Source of the DNA: Alphaproteobacteria bacterium
Lineage (GTDB): Bacteria; Pseudomonadota; Alphaproteobacteria; Paracaedibacterales; VGCI01
Direction of reading: 5' to 3'
Assembly (NCBI GenBank): GCA_016870095.1
Contig: VGCI01000003.1
Span: 78,607 to 142,606 of the forward strand
Length of the DNA stretch: 64,000 nucleotides
The notes under the pieces were generated by a model, which worked only from the letters and a program-made list of their open reading frames with translations, had not been told where the DNA came from and searched no databases. Shown here in pieces: positions 1-9,736 of the stretch (positions are counted from its first letter, which is position 1; each line of letters opens with the position of its first letter). A program made the translations under genes and the position numbers.

Positions 1-1141
1 GAGCACCCGTTACACGTCTTATACGCGCTGATTCTATAAAATTTTCTGAGGTAATAACGCATTCCCTTACCCAATCAATCATTTCATTGGCATCCATAGT
101 TTGTGGAATACGTACACCGATGAGGATACTTCCTTCTTCCCATACATGAGGAAGCTTGTGATAAAATAACCGATCGTTTTGCAGAAAAGGGATTATGGAG
201 TATGTTTGCTCAATGCTTTGAATTATACGTTCCATCCACTCCAGAATTGGATTGATTGTATTGAAAATTTCATTATGTTTGTATGCAGAAAATGAGGGAA
301 TTGTTTGACTAAACCGTAAAGTTGCTAGGCGACCTGCAATCGTACATAAAGTTAAGTATAGATCGTAAGGGTGCGCCTTTCCCGTTCCGACAACAGCTTC
401 AAATAAAGGGAGAGATTCGGCAAGTGGCCTGAGCAATTCACCTGTTTCTCTTAAAATTTCACTGCCAATCTGATTTTGCCATTTCTCGATTAAGTAGGAA
501 GATTTTTCCCGCATTTTCAGGGCTAGGGATGCACAGCGAGTGCCTAGAGGAGAATTTTGATGAACCATAAAACAAGGCGGCATATACGGTGTCAAAAGAA
601 AAGCTTCATCCTGATAAATAATGCGCGCAAGAGGAATATATTCATACCGAGCTGGGGGGACAACGCCCATCACTAGAGCTATTTTTGGTAACAACCTTGG
701 AATCTGGATGATATTGTCGGGTGTATTTTCGTCTACGACTTCAGGACCATCGCTTGATGTATATCGAGGCCATTCTCCAATTACAGAGGAGCTTGTCCCT
801 GTTCGCTCTGGAACAACGAGATACAGGGTCATGGCTTCTTTTGAAAGATCTTCTTTTAAGGGAGTGAGATCTAGTTCTAAGGGAATTTCATTGTCACTAG
901 ATCGATTTACAATAAGTCCGTCTGGCATGACAGCTTCAATTTCTAGAACACGTATAAGTCCAGTACTTAAAACAACAGGATCAAGCTTAAAATGATGGAT
1001 GCCCCAATAAAAAGGAGTCAATCGATGCAAATGGTAGGACATGATTTGCTGATTACGCAATTCCATTTGCTGAAAATGTTGAGGGGATAATAGCATTCCT
1101 TCATGCCACTGAATTTCTGGTATTACAGGCGCTTTAGTCAT
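1..1141 (-). CDS. tssK: Type VI secretion system baseplate subunit TssK (ImpJ/VasE family). N-terminal ~380 aa only; the 3' part runs off the left edge of the window.
   Basis: Absent from the ORF track because it has no stop codon inside the window. My own minus-strand translation from the ATG at 1141..1139 gives MTKAPVIPEIQWHEGMLLSPQHFQQMELRNQQIMSYHLHR... I hand-checked the first ~60 codons. Openness to position 1 is inferred because no minus-strand ORF fragment is listed here. The W-x-EGM-x-L-x-PQHFQQ N-terminus and a later HPYDLYLTLCTIAGRLATL segment match TssK proteins as I remember them. The 621..995 + ORF is its antisense shadow. Confidence 0.8.
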   Translation of the reverse strand, partial: MTKAPVIPEIQWHEGMLLSPQHFQQMELRNQQIMSYHLHRLTPFYWGIHHFKLDPVVLSTGLIRVLEIEAVMPDGLIVNRSSDNEIPLELDLTPLKEDLSKEAMTLYLVVPERTGTSSSVIGEWPRYTSSDGPEVVDENTPDNIIQIPRLLPKIALVMGVVPPARYEYIPLARIIYQDEAFLLTPYMPPCFMVHQNSPLGTRCASLALKMREKSSYLIEKWQNQIGSEILRETGELLRPLAESLPLFEAVVGTGKAHPYDLYLTLCTIAGRLATLRFSQTIPSFSAYKHNEIFNTINPILEWMERIIQSIEQTYSIIPFLQNDRLFYHKLPHVWEEGSILIGVRIPQTMDANEMIDWVRECVITSENFIESARIRRVTGA

Positions 1142-1188
1142 CCTGTCATTCTCCCCTTTGCACAAGATGTTAAAAACATCTATTTAAA

Positions 1189-1281
1189 ATTTTACAAAAA
1201 TCCTTTCTTACTAGTATGAGCAGATTAATCAACTGAGACAAGGGTGTAAACTAAGGAAAGTGCATATTATTTTACAAAAAT
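1189..1281. repeat. 13-bp direct repeat ATTTTACAAAAAT, two copies (1189..1201 and 1269..1281) exactly 80 bp apart, in the region upstream of tssK
   Basis: Both copies read directly in the sequence. They lie in the 295-bp spacer between the skp stop and the tssK start. The function is unknown. Confidence 0.5.
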
Positions 1282-1436
1282 TTTTTATCATTTAATTGTG
1301 CTTAGCAAAAACAATTGCTTTTGCCAATATTGTGTTTAGGGAAAAGCGCCTATTTCCCTCAATTTTTGGCATAAGGTAATCAACAAACGATTAAAAAAAT
1401 AGTTTAGAGACTACACAAAAAGTTTGGGCTAATAAG

Positions 1437-2042
1437 TTACTTATCCAGCCGTTTGATGACTTCATCTGTGAGATCTAACCCATCATTACAGTAAAGAACA
1501 ATTGATTGATCCATTTGATTACCGTCGCCAATCGATGTATTCAAGATAATTTTTAAGTTCAAGGTTTTACCCAGATCATCTATAATCTCTTTGAGATCTT
1601 GTTTAATTTTTACGAGCCCACTTGTATATTCCTGATCTAACTCTTCTCGGCGACTTCGAACAATCTTTTCAAGCTCAGCAACCTTTTTATCAAATTCTGC
1701 CCGTTGTTTATGGTTTTCTTGAGTTGGCTCTTTACCTTCTTCATCACTTTTTTTAAATTGTTCGTACTCTGCGCTAAGTTTTGTTTCTCTTTGTAAAATT
1801 TCCTGATGAATTTTAGCATTCAGATTGTCTAAAGCATTTTTAAATTTTTGAAAAACTTTAGAGTTGGATTTTATGCGATTTATGTCCACAACACCTATGG
1901 ATATAGTGGTGGGAAATTTTGTATTTGTGCGTTTAAAAAGAGAAAAAGATGTGGATGGGAAATGACTCCCAATCCACATAAAAATTCCAGCGCTACATAG
2001 CAATACCAACAAAAATAATAAAATGTTCTTTCGCTGGGTCAT
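1437..2042 (-). CDS. skp: OmpH/Skp family periplasmic chaperone
   Basis: 201-aa ORF immediately downstream of bamA on the same strand. It has an N-terminal hydrophobic signal (ILLFLLVLLCSAGIFMW) and a K/E-rich helical body. bamA-skp adjacency is conserved in proteobacteria. Confidence 0.7.
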   Translation of the reverse strand: MTQRKNILLFLLVLLCSAGIFMWIGSHFPSTSFSLFKRTNTKFPTTISIGVVDINRIKSNSKVFQKFKNALDNLNAKIHQEILQRETKLSAEYEQFKKSDEEGKEPTQENHKQRAEFDKKVAELEKIVRSRREELDQEYTSGLVKIKQDLKEIIDDLGKTLNLKIILNTSIGDGNQMDQSIVLYCNDGLDLTDEVIKRLDK

Positions 2043-2063
2043 TCTTTCTCCTAAAGTCTTGCA

Positions 2064-4331
2064 CTACCAGCGTGAGCTAAATCCAAACAGAAAGCGTTGT
2101 GTATCGTCATATTTCTCTCTCTTCACAGGGATTGCATAATCAATCTTTAGAGGTCCAAAAGGCGATGTCCAGGACAAACCGATACCAACTGAGGCACGAA
2201 TCGTTCGTCTATCGATAACTTGCGGACCTGTTTGGCCCGCTTTCCATGTTGTACCGAAGTCAGTAAATATGGCACCTTTGACGCCAAATTCATTGGGAAG
2301 ACCAATTGGGAAAAGGGTTTCAATAGTACCTGTCCAGGATCGCGTGCCTCCCATAGGGTCTCTTGTAATACTATCTCGTGGTCCAATACCACCCCAGGCA
2401 AATCCGCGGAAGGAATCTGCACCTAATTGAATACTATCCACAATACGAATAGGCTTTTTGCCCGCGCGTAATATTGCTGAAACGTTACCTCTTACGTTGA
2501 TAACAACATCTTCAATAGGTGAATAAAACCATGTTGCGCCAATAGAATTCTTTAGGAAGTTTACTTTTCCTCCTAGACCTGCATACTGGTTACTTAAGCT
2601 TAAGAGATAGCCAGAGGTTGGATCAATACGACTATCACGTCGATCATATGCCAAGGTTTGCCCCACAGCTGATGTTACGAACTTTCCAGCTTGCTGTTTA
2701 ATGATGGCAGAGGCATCATTTGCAATATGAGAAATATGATCATTTTTTAAGGTGTAAGTGAGAGTTTGGCCCAAATATTCCGTAATAGAATAAGCAATAT
2801 GGGGTGAAAAACCATTTGTCGATGAAATAAAGTGTGACAGACGCGTTGAGCGCAGACGGAATAGATCTATACCGGCTTCAAGATTGTAACCTAGGAAATA
2901 GGGATCTGTGATACCTACATCATATTCTTGTGCGCGACGAGCAAGAGTAACGTTCGCATGAACAATTCGTCCTGTTCCCATAAAATTCCGCTCAGCGAAT
3001 TTAACGTTACCCAAAATACCATCAAGGGTTGAGAAACCAGCGGCAACACCCATTTCACCAGTTGGCTGCTCCTCAAGTTTGACCACGAGGCGCGCCTTAT
3101 CTGGTGCTGTGCCTTGTTCTGTCTGAATCTCAGATTTTTTGAAATAACCTAAGTCTTTTAAGTTCTTCTCGGCTTTCTTAAGTTTTGTTGAGTTATAGGC
3201 ATCACCTTCGAGCATACCCAGTTCGCGTCGAATAACTTCGTCACGGGTGCGATCGTTCCCAACGACATCAATACGCTCAATATAGACTCGAGGACCTTCC
3301 CGAACTTCGAAGATGAGATCGATAGTTTTCTTTTCCCTATTTTTTTCAATTCGGGGTTGAATATCAGCAAATGCATATCCGTAGGTGCCGACATGGGTAT
3401 TAAGAGAGGTAACATTACGTTCAATTTGTTTGCGAGAAAACTTAGCGCCACTTTGGATGTCGACAAGCGTCTTTAGTTCTTCGGCATTAACTTGTTTAAG
3501 GTGAGATATTACGTCAATTTTACCAAAAGTGTAAAGCTCACCTTCATCTACGGTAAAAGTAAGATAGAAGTCTTTATGATCTGGGCTCAATTCCGCAACG
3601 GCAGAAACTAATCGATAGTCCGGATATCCCATATCAAAATAATATTGTTGAAGATTTTGTTGATCAGCTGTGAAACGATCCGGGTCAAAGGTATCATCGC
3701 TTGCCCACAAACGGAACCAACGTGCCCGTTTTGTAAACAGCTGCTCTTCTAATCGTGATGAAGAGAAGTGCTTATTCCCAATAAAATTTATTTTGCGAAC
3801 ATAGGTGACTTCGCCTTCATTAATTTCAAAAACCAAATCAACACGATTTTCTTCTAAACGGATAACTTTAGGTTCAACCGTTGCATCAAATCGTCCCATA
3901 CGACGATAAATTTCTAAAATACGTTGTTGAGCAGCTTGAATCTTTGTGCGGGAAAGAACTTCCCGTGGGCGCAATTGAATTTCCTCAGTTAGTTTATCTT
4001 CTTTCAATTTTGAATTGCCCTCAAAAGAAATACGGTTAATTAGGCTATTTTCCGTAACTTCAACGAGCAAACCATTATTCTGACGATGAATTTTAACGTC
4101 AGCAAAATAACCTGTGGCAAAGAGATCTTTTAATGCTTGATTCAGTTGAATATCGTCGAAAGAATCTCCAACCTTAAGGGGTAAGTTAGAAATAACTGTT
4201 TCTGATTCAATACGTTTGTTGCCAGTTACTTGTATCCCTTGAATGGTATTGGCAAACGCAGAAGATGCGAGAGTTGTGGTGACCAAGAAACCTGTTGCAA
4301 AAGACTTTATTGTTTTGGTTGCTGAAAGCAT
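2064..4331 (-). CDS. bamA: Outer membrane protein assembly factor BamA
   Basis: 755 aa with a signal peptide ending SSAFA. A POTRA-repeat region is followed by a beta-barrel ending in the aromatic terminus FGFSSRW. It sits between rseP and skp. Confidence 0.95.
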   Translation of the reverse strand: MLSATKTIKSFATGFLVTTTLASSAFANTIQGIQVTGNKRIESETVISNLPLKVGDSFDDIQLNQALKDLFATGYFADVKIHRQNNGLLVEVTENSLINRISFEGNSKLKEDKLTEEIQLRPREVLSRTKIQAAQQRILEIYRRMGRFDATVEPKVIRLEENRVDLVFEINEGEVTYVRKINFIGNKHFSSSRLEEQLFTKRARWFRLWASDDTFDPDRFTADQQNLQQYYFDMGYPDYRLVSAVAELSPDHKDFYLTFTVDEGELYTFGKIDVISHLKQVNAEELKTLVDIQSGAKFSRKQIERNVTSLNTHVGTYGYAFADIQPRIEKNREKKTIDLIFEVREGPRVYIERIDVVGNDRTRDEVIRRELGMLEGDAYNSTKLKKAEKNLKDLGYFKKSEIQTEQGTAPDKARLVVKLEEQPTGEMGVAAGFSTLDGILGNVKFAERNFMGTGRIVHANVTLARRAQEYDVGITDPYFLGYNLEAGIDLFRLRSTRLSHFISSTNGFSPHIAYSITEYLGQTLTYTLKNDHISHIANDASAIIKQQAGKFVTSAVGQTLAYDRRDSRIDPTSGYLLSLSNQYAGLGGKVNFLKNSIGATWFYSPIEDVVINVRGNVSAILRAGKKPIRIVDSIQLGADSFRGFAWGGIGPRDSITRDPMGGTRSWTGTIETLFPIGLPNEFGVKGAIFTDFGTTWKAGQTGPQVIDRRTIRASVGIGLSWTSPFGPLKIDYAIPVKREKYDDTQRFLFGFSSRW

Positions 4332-4347
4332 TATTTCTACCCTTTAT

Positions 4348-5451
4348 TTATTTCAGTATGAGACGAACAACATCATTCCATGTGGACATGAGCATGACAC
4401 TTACGACTATCGCTAACCCAGCCATGAAAGCATATTCTTGTATCTTTTCTGGAACAGGTTTGCCGCGAATGGCTTCAATGCCATAAAATAAGAGATGTCC
4501 CCCATCAAGAACGGGAATGGGGAGAAGATTGATAAGACCTAAATTAATTGATAAGAAAGCCATGAAGACTAAAAGAGCGGCGATACCCCCTTTAGCACTT
4601 TTCCCAGCCATGTCTCCGATGGATAAAAGGCCGCCTAATTCTTCAGAAGATCGTTTTCCGACAAGCATCTGCCCAATGCCTGTAAGGGCTTCAACGCAAG
4701 TTGTCCATGTTTTTTCAACAGCATGGGTGACGGCTGTTAGGGGATTAACTTTATGGTATTCGGGAAGGGAAGGTTTAATGCCTATCACACCAATAGGTTT
4801 TTGATTGCCTGCAGCATCGGTTTCAACCATTTTAATTTGAATAGTTTGCTCAGCACCATCTCGTGTAAAGCGGACGTCTACATCTTTCCCTTTGTTATTG
4901 ATAATGAGATCCCGCAAATCATAAAAATCTTTTGCGACAATACCATTAAGGCTTATCAGTTTATCTCCAGCCTTGAGGCCTGATTTTTCTGCAATTTTTC
5001 CGGGGACAACTTCGCCGATTACCGCTGGAAGAATGGGTTCACCTTTTATGACAAATAAAGCAGAGAATATGGCGATGGCAAATAGGAAATTTGCCATAGG
5101 TCCAGCTACTGCTACAGCCATGCGTTGCCCAACTCTCTTGCTATGGAGACTCATAGATTTTTCTTCTGAGTTCATTTTCTCTAAAGAGTTAGCGTCAGGA
5201 CGGCTACTCGCATCTGCGTCTCCAAAGAAACGAACATAGCCACCTAACGGAATTGCGCTTATTTTCCAACGTGTACCGGCGCTGTCATTCCATCCAAACA
5301 ACTCAGGTCCAAATCCAATAGAGAAGACTTCAATCTTAACTTTATTATAACGGGCGATAAGATAGTGACCAAGTTCGTGAACAAATACAAGGATTGTTAG
5401 TACAATGAGAAAGGGAATCACATGTTGGGCAAAACTAAGCAGTGAGGTCAT
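4348..5451 (-). CDS. rseP: RIP zinc metalloprotease RseP
   Basis: HELGHY zinc motif in the first TM segment (VHELGHYLIA). Central PDZ-like region and a C-terminal NLLPIPVLDGGH motif. Confidence 0.92.
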   Translation of the reverse strand: MTSLLSFAQHVIPFLIVLTILVFVHELGHYLIARYNKVKIEVFSIGFGPELFGWNDSAGTRWKISAIPLGGYVRFFGDADASSRPDANSLEKMNSEEKSMSLHSKRVGQRMAVAVAGPMANFLFAIAIFSALFVIKGEPILPAVIGEVVPGKIAEKSGLKAGDKLISLNGIVAKDFYDLRDLIINNKGKDVDVRFTRDGAEQTIQIKMVETDAAGNQKPIGVIGIKPSLPEYHKVNPLTAVTHAVEKTWTTCVEALTGIGQMLVGKRSSEELGGLLSIGDMAGKSAKGGIAALLVFMAFLSINLGLINLLPIPVLDGGHLLFYGIEAIRGKPVPEKIQEYAFMAGLAIVVSVMLMSTWNDVVRLILK

Positions 5452-5530
5452 AGATTAAATTCCCGTTCCAAAAAGTTTAATTATTTGCAACCTTAGCTGA
5501 TTCTGGGCGTTATGAAAATGTGCAAAAGCA

Positions 5531-6691
5531 CTAGAAGGCAATTTTTTTGTGAATAACTTTTAAAGCTTCATTGCGAGCTTGTTGATCTATTTGTAAAACT
5601 TCATCAAGAGACCCTAAACGTGACTCGGGCATTTTTTCTAAAACTTCTCGGGAAATATTGACAATATCAAGGTAAGAAATTTTTTCTTCAACAAAAGCCT
5701 GTACGGCAATTTCATTTGCAGCATTAAGAACTGTAGGGCGGTCCCTTCCTATTTTTAAAGCTTGTCTTGCTAACAGAATTGCGGGAAATTTATTGGTATC
5801 CGGCTGCTCGAAAGTAAGCTGCCCAATTGAGGGTAAATCCAATCGTGGAAGATCTGTTTTGATGCGATTTGGCCAGGCGAGAGTATAAGCAATAGGAACG
5901 CGCATATCATGAATACCAAGCTGAGCAAGAACGGAACCATCTTGAAAGGAAAGTAAGGAATGTACGATGGATTGAGGGTGAATCAATATATCAATCTGCT
6001 CTTCAGAAAATCCAAAAATATAGGAAGCTTCAATCATTTCCAATCCTTTGTTCATTAAATTTGAACAATCGATGGTAACTTTTGGCCCCATAGCCCAGTT
6101 GGGGTGCTTTAAAGCTTGCGCAACGGTTACTGCTTTCATTTCCTGCACAGACAGCGTTCGAAAAGGGCCACCTGAGGCCGTTAAAATTAATTTTTCCACA
6201 TAGGAACGATGCGGCTCATGGAAGACTTGAAAAATTGCATTATGCTCTGAATCAACCGGTAAGAGTGTGGCGTTATGATCTTTTATGGCTTTAAGCATTA
6301 CAGGGCCTGCGGAAATCATGGACTCTTTATTGGCTAAAGCAATAATAGCTCCTCGCTCAATAGCCGCATATGTGGGTCGTAATCCTGCTGTTCCCACAAT
6401 CGCAGACATGACCCATTGGGCAGGGGCTTGTGCCGCTTCAATGACAGCCGCCTTTCCTGCAGCAACAGTTATTCCTGTTCCCCCCAAGGCATTTTTCAAA
6501 TTTATATATTGAGATTCGTCTTCTACAACCGCTAGTTTGGCTTTCAGAATCTTACTTTGGGCTGCAAGTGTCCCCACATCTTTTTGGGCAACCAGTGCTT
6601 CAACAGTAAATTGTTCCGGATTTTTTGATAGAAGGTCAACGGTACTCCTCCCAATTGAGCCAGTACTCCCTAAAATCGTAATGGAGCGCAT
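5531..6691 (-). CDS. dxr: 1-deoxy-D-xylulose 5-phosphate reductoisomerase
   Basis: 386 aa with the N-terminal ITILGSTGSIGRST nucleotide-binding motif and LPVDSEHNAIFQ. It occupies the conserved position between cdsA and rseP. Confidence 0.95.
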   Translation of the reverse strand: MRSITILGSTGSIGRSTVDLLSKNPEQFTVEALVAQKDVGTLAAQSKILKAKLAVVEDESQYINLKNALGGTGITVAAGKAAVIEAAQAPAQWVMSAIVGTAGLRPTYAAIERGAIIALANKESMISAGPVMLKAIKDHNATLLPVDSEHNAIFQVFHEPHRSYVEKLILTASGGPFRTLSVQEMKAVTVAQALKHPNWAMGPKVTIDCSNLMNKGLEMIEASYIFGFSEEQIDILIHPQSIVHSLLSFQDGSVLAQLGIHDMRVPIAYTLAWPNRIKTDLPRLDLPSIGQLTFEQPDTNKFPAILLARQALKIGRDRPTVLNAANEIAVQAFVEEKISYLDIVNISREVLEKMPESRLGSLDEVLQIDQQARNEALKVIHKKIAF

Positions 6692-6703
6692 AATTTAGGT
6701 TCC

Positions 6704-7522
6704 TCAAAAAAGCTTAAAAAATTTGAGGCCGACAAAGAAAATGGCCACCAGTAAGAGACTGTCAATTCGATCTAAAAGCCCCCCGTGGCCAGGTATAATA
6801 TGACTAGAATCTTTAACTTTGAAAAGCCGTTTAGCGGCTGATTCTAAGATATCTCCTGTGTGACCCACGAATGTCGTCAATAGTGTCAGACAAAAGAGTA
6901 TGGCTTGGCTTTTTATCCCCAATTCGCAATAAGGAGCAAGAGTTATCCCTATAGCCGTGCCGAGCATAGATCCTCCCATAAATCCGGACCATGTTTTCCC
7001 CGGACTAATGGTGGGGACCAATTTTGCTCCTCCCACAAGGCTTCCTACAACATAAGCGCTAATATCCGTTGTCCAAACAATTATGAGGGCCCATAACAAA
7101 GTAAGAGGGGTGAATTTTGCCAGATTTAAGATAGCTATCATTCCCAGACCAATATAAAGAGGTCCTGAAAGAAGTATTAGCGATGGGATGAGTCTGGTAC
7201 CTAAGCGTTTGTGATAATAAAGAATAAATCCAAAGCCCCCCAGTGTGAAACAAAAAGGAATGACAAAACTGCCTGTTCCCATGATAGCCCACATCATTAG
7301 AAGACTGACAAGAAGATTAATGGGGTGCGTTAAGGGTAGGCCAGACATTTTTGACCATTCCCATAAAAGAATACCCAGTAAAAAGATAGTCAAAATATCA
7401 ACGTAAGGGGATCCGAGGAGGACCGCACCAATTACCAGGGGCCCCCCAATGGCGGTTGATAATGTACGTTTTCCAAAATTACTCTGGTCAAAACTACTTT
7501 TTGGAGGCGATAACTGCACCAT
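6704..7522 (-). CDS. cdsA: Phosphatidate cytidylyltransferase
   Basis: Multi-TM protein with the C-terminal signature SAAKRLFKVKDSSHIIPGHGGLLDRIDS. The longest ORF starts at 7609, inside uppS. I prefer the ATG at 7522 (MVQLSPP...), but the start is uncertain. Confidence 0.85.
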   Translation of the reverse strand: MVQLSPPKSSFDQSNFGKRTLSTAIGGPLVIGAVLLGSPYVDILTIFLLGILLWEWSKMSGLPLTHPINLLVSLLMMWAIMGTGSFVIPFCFTLGGFGFILYYHKRLGTRLIPSLILLSGPLYIGLGMIAILNLAKFTPLTLLWALIIVWTTDISAYVVGSLVGGAKLVPTISPGKTWSGFMGGSMLGTAIGITLAPYCELGIKSQAILFCLTLLTTFVGHTGDILESAAKRLFKVKDSSHIIPGHGGLLDRIDSLLLVAIFFVGLKFFKLF

Positions 7523-8252
7523 AACGACGCTCTCTTTGTTGATAGGTTTCAAGGGCTTGATCAAAATCTTCGGGTGAAAAATCTGGCCACAGTGTAGGTG
7601 AAAACACAAATTCTGTATATGCCATTTGCCACAAAAGGAAATTACTTATTCTTTTTTCACCGCTGGTCCGAATCAGCAAATCTGGATCTGGAATCTCTGT
7701 TGTATAAAGGTTATGACTGAAAATATCTGTGGAGATCTCTTCTACCTTTAATGTACCTGCTTTGACTTGCTCGGCAAGCTTTTTTGCTGTGCTGACGATT
7801 TCATCACGACCACCATAACTGAGAGCCATTATAAGTGTGATTCGGTTGTTTTCCTTTGTGAGGTCTTCGCTATCTTCGATAAGTTTTACTATATCATCGG
7901 GAAGTTTTGTCCGGTCGCCAATGACTTTTAAACGAACACCATTCTCAGCTAAATCCTTAACTTGATTTTTTAAGTTATAACGCAATAGTCCCATAAGTTC
8001 ATCCACCCAACCTTGAGGGCGCAGCCAATTTTCAGCAGAGAAAGCATAAAGGGTTAAATAAGCAATGCCGCGCGAAGCCGCATGATGCACAATTTTACGT
8101 GTCACCTCAGCACCTTTGCGGTGGCCTGATATGGTGGACACACTATTTTTATCCGCCCAACGACCATTTCCATCCATAATAATGGCAACGTGTCGAGGGA
8201 GTGGCGAGCGGGCTATTGCCTCAATATGTGTTTGTGTCAAAGTTTCAGGCAT
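7494..8252 (-). CDS. uppS: Undecaprenyl (isoprenyl) diphosphate synthase
   Basis: HVAIIMDGNGRWA motif, a RTSGEKRISNFLLWQ motif, and a C-terminal ERRYG. Confidence 0.95.
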   Translation of the reverse strand: MPETLTQTHIEAIARSPLPRHVAIIMDGNGRWADKNSVSTISGHRKGAEVTRKIVHHAASRGIAYLTLYAFSAENWLRPQGWVDELMGLLRYNLKNQVKDLAENGVRLKVIGDRTKLPDDIVKLIEDSEDLTKENNRITLIMALSYGGRDEIVSTAKKLAEQVKAGTLKVEEISTDIFSHNLYTTEIPDPDLLIRTSGEKRISNFLLWQMAYTEFVFSPTLWPDFSPEDFDQALETYQQRERRYGAVIASKK

Positions 8253-8406
8253 AACCCTTACAAACCATTAAGAACATTTTTAAAACTATACCTATAAAGC
8301 ATGCTTTTGAATCACTCGTCAATGAAAAGGCAATTGTTTCCTTATCTTTTCTGGAGTAAATGTAAGAAGAAACAAATTCGGTCATGTGAATTAAGAGAAA
8401 ATCCTG

Positions 8407-9177
8407 ATGAAATCTAAAACCAAAATAGGAATCTCAGCGATCGTTGTTTTTATAGCTGCCACAAGCTTATATATATATCCCATTTTCTTGAGCCAACCCC
8501 TGCCATCCGTATTGGTAAAAAAACAACTTTTCGCATCGGCCTTGTCCCCGCAAAGTATTTGGAGTCAAAAGTTTTTAGACCGCAATCCGTTGGTAAAGAG
8601 TAAAATTATTCAATTTGAAGCGGGCACTATATGTCAGAATTTAAAGACATTAAATACAAAATTATTGACTCATGAACAAATTTCTAATGAATTGAAAAAT
8701 AGGGGATATATTTGTGTTTCGCGTCCCTTATCTGTCAATCCGAAAGCACCCATTAAAAAGTATTTGAAGATTGATAAAACCATCACAGAAAATCCAGAGG
8801 AGTCGGGAGTGGCTTACCAGGAAGTTTGTTATGATGCGGCACAACGGGAATGTGTAATTCGAATCAAGCGGGATGGTTTTCCCTTGAACAGGCGATCCAA
8901 TCCTCATTCGTCAAAAGCGGTGTTGTTGGATGCTGAGGCGGATCCAGCGAGTTATGAAAATGAGGCTTTTAAGATTGGGGGAGACGGGCAAGCCATTCCC
9001 AAAGGGCCCCATAAATTTGGCTTGAAGAAGTGCCCTTATAAAATTAGCCAGAATCAAAATTATACAGCGTTATGTGAGGAATGGGTTGATCTCATTATGG
9101 AGCAAGCTCACCCAACTCTGAGGGAGCCAAAGAGGACGCAGAATTTATCTATCAAAACCGTGACGAAAGCCAAATAG
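8407..9177 (+). CDS. Hypothetical membrane-anchored or exported protein; no family recognised
   Basis: 256-aa ORF with one N-terminal hydrophobic segment (IGISAIVVFIAATSLYIYPIFL) and six scattered Cys. Its 3' end overlaps the convergent coq7 by 26 nt. Confidence 0.5.
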   Translation: MKSKTKIGISAIVVFIAATSLYIYPIFLSQPLPSVLVKKQLFASALSPQSIWSQKFLDRNPLVKSKIIQFEAGTICQNLKTLNTKLLTHEQISNELKNRGYICVSRPLSVNPKAPIKKYLKIDKTITENPEESGVAYQEVCYDAAQRECVIRIKRDGFPLNRRSNPHSSKAVLLDAEADPASYENEAFKIGGDGQAIPKGPHKFGLKKCPYKISQNQNYTALCEEWVDLIMEQAHPTLREPKRTQNLSIKTVTKAK

Positions 9178-9736
9178 CTGTTCGAGATATTTTTTTAATG
9201 GTTGAGGTTAAGAACTGATATGCTGGGGCGTCATGTCCCCCAAGTTCGATGGCTGTCTCTTTGTGTGCTATCTCATCTTGCCGACATTCTTCAATAAGGG
9301 TGATTAAAGCGTCATGATGATCTGTTGTTTTTTTTAATTCCTTCAATTGGCTTTGATAATGCTCAGCTATAACTTCTTCAACGGCAATCGTGCAGGCATG
9401 GGCGGCTTTCTCGCCTATGATGGCTGTAATCATCCCAAGAGCATACCCACCGACATGCCACAGAGGTTGTAAAATTGTCGGGCGGACTTGGTTTTCTATT
9501 ATAAGGCGGTTAAATTTTTGTAAATGCTCTGCTTCTTCAGCGGCCATTGCAGTCAAGCTTTCCTCTGCAGGCGTATCTTTTAAAATGGCAAGTTGTCCTG
9601 CATAAATTCTCGAAGCTCCATATTCACCAGCTTGATTAACCCGGATCATTGACTTGATTTCGCTAGAGATTTCGACTGTACGATCGTTTTGTCTTGTCGA
9701 TGATATGATCTGAGGGGGTGTTTTCCTTGAATTCAT
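9152..9736 (-). CDS. coq7: Demethoxyubiquinone hydroxylase (Coq7 family di-iron hydroxylase)
   Basis: RVNQAGEYGASRIYAGQLAIL matches the Coq7 N-terminal signature. Repeated E..H carboxylate motifs are present (EEAEH, DEIAH). Confidence 0.85.
   Translation of the reverse strand: MNSRKTPPQIISSTRQNDRTVEISSEIKSMIRVNQAGEYGASRIYAGQLAILKDTPAEESLTAMAAEEAEHLQKFNRLIIENQVRPTILQPLWHVGGYALGMITAIIGEKAAHACTIAVEEVIAEHYQSQLKELKKTTDHHDALITLIEECRQDEIAHKETAIELGGHDAPAYQFLTSTIKKISRTAIWLSSRF

Noticed and set aside
621-995. 124-aa plus-strand ORF from the track
   Set aside because: It lies entirely inside the much longer minus-strand tssK frame. Its composition is low-information (S/T/R/G-rich) with no motif. It is an antisense shadow ORF.
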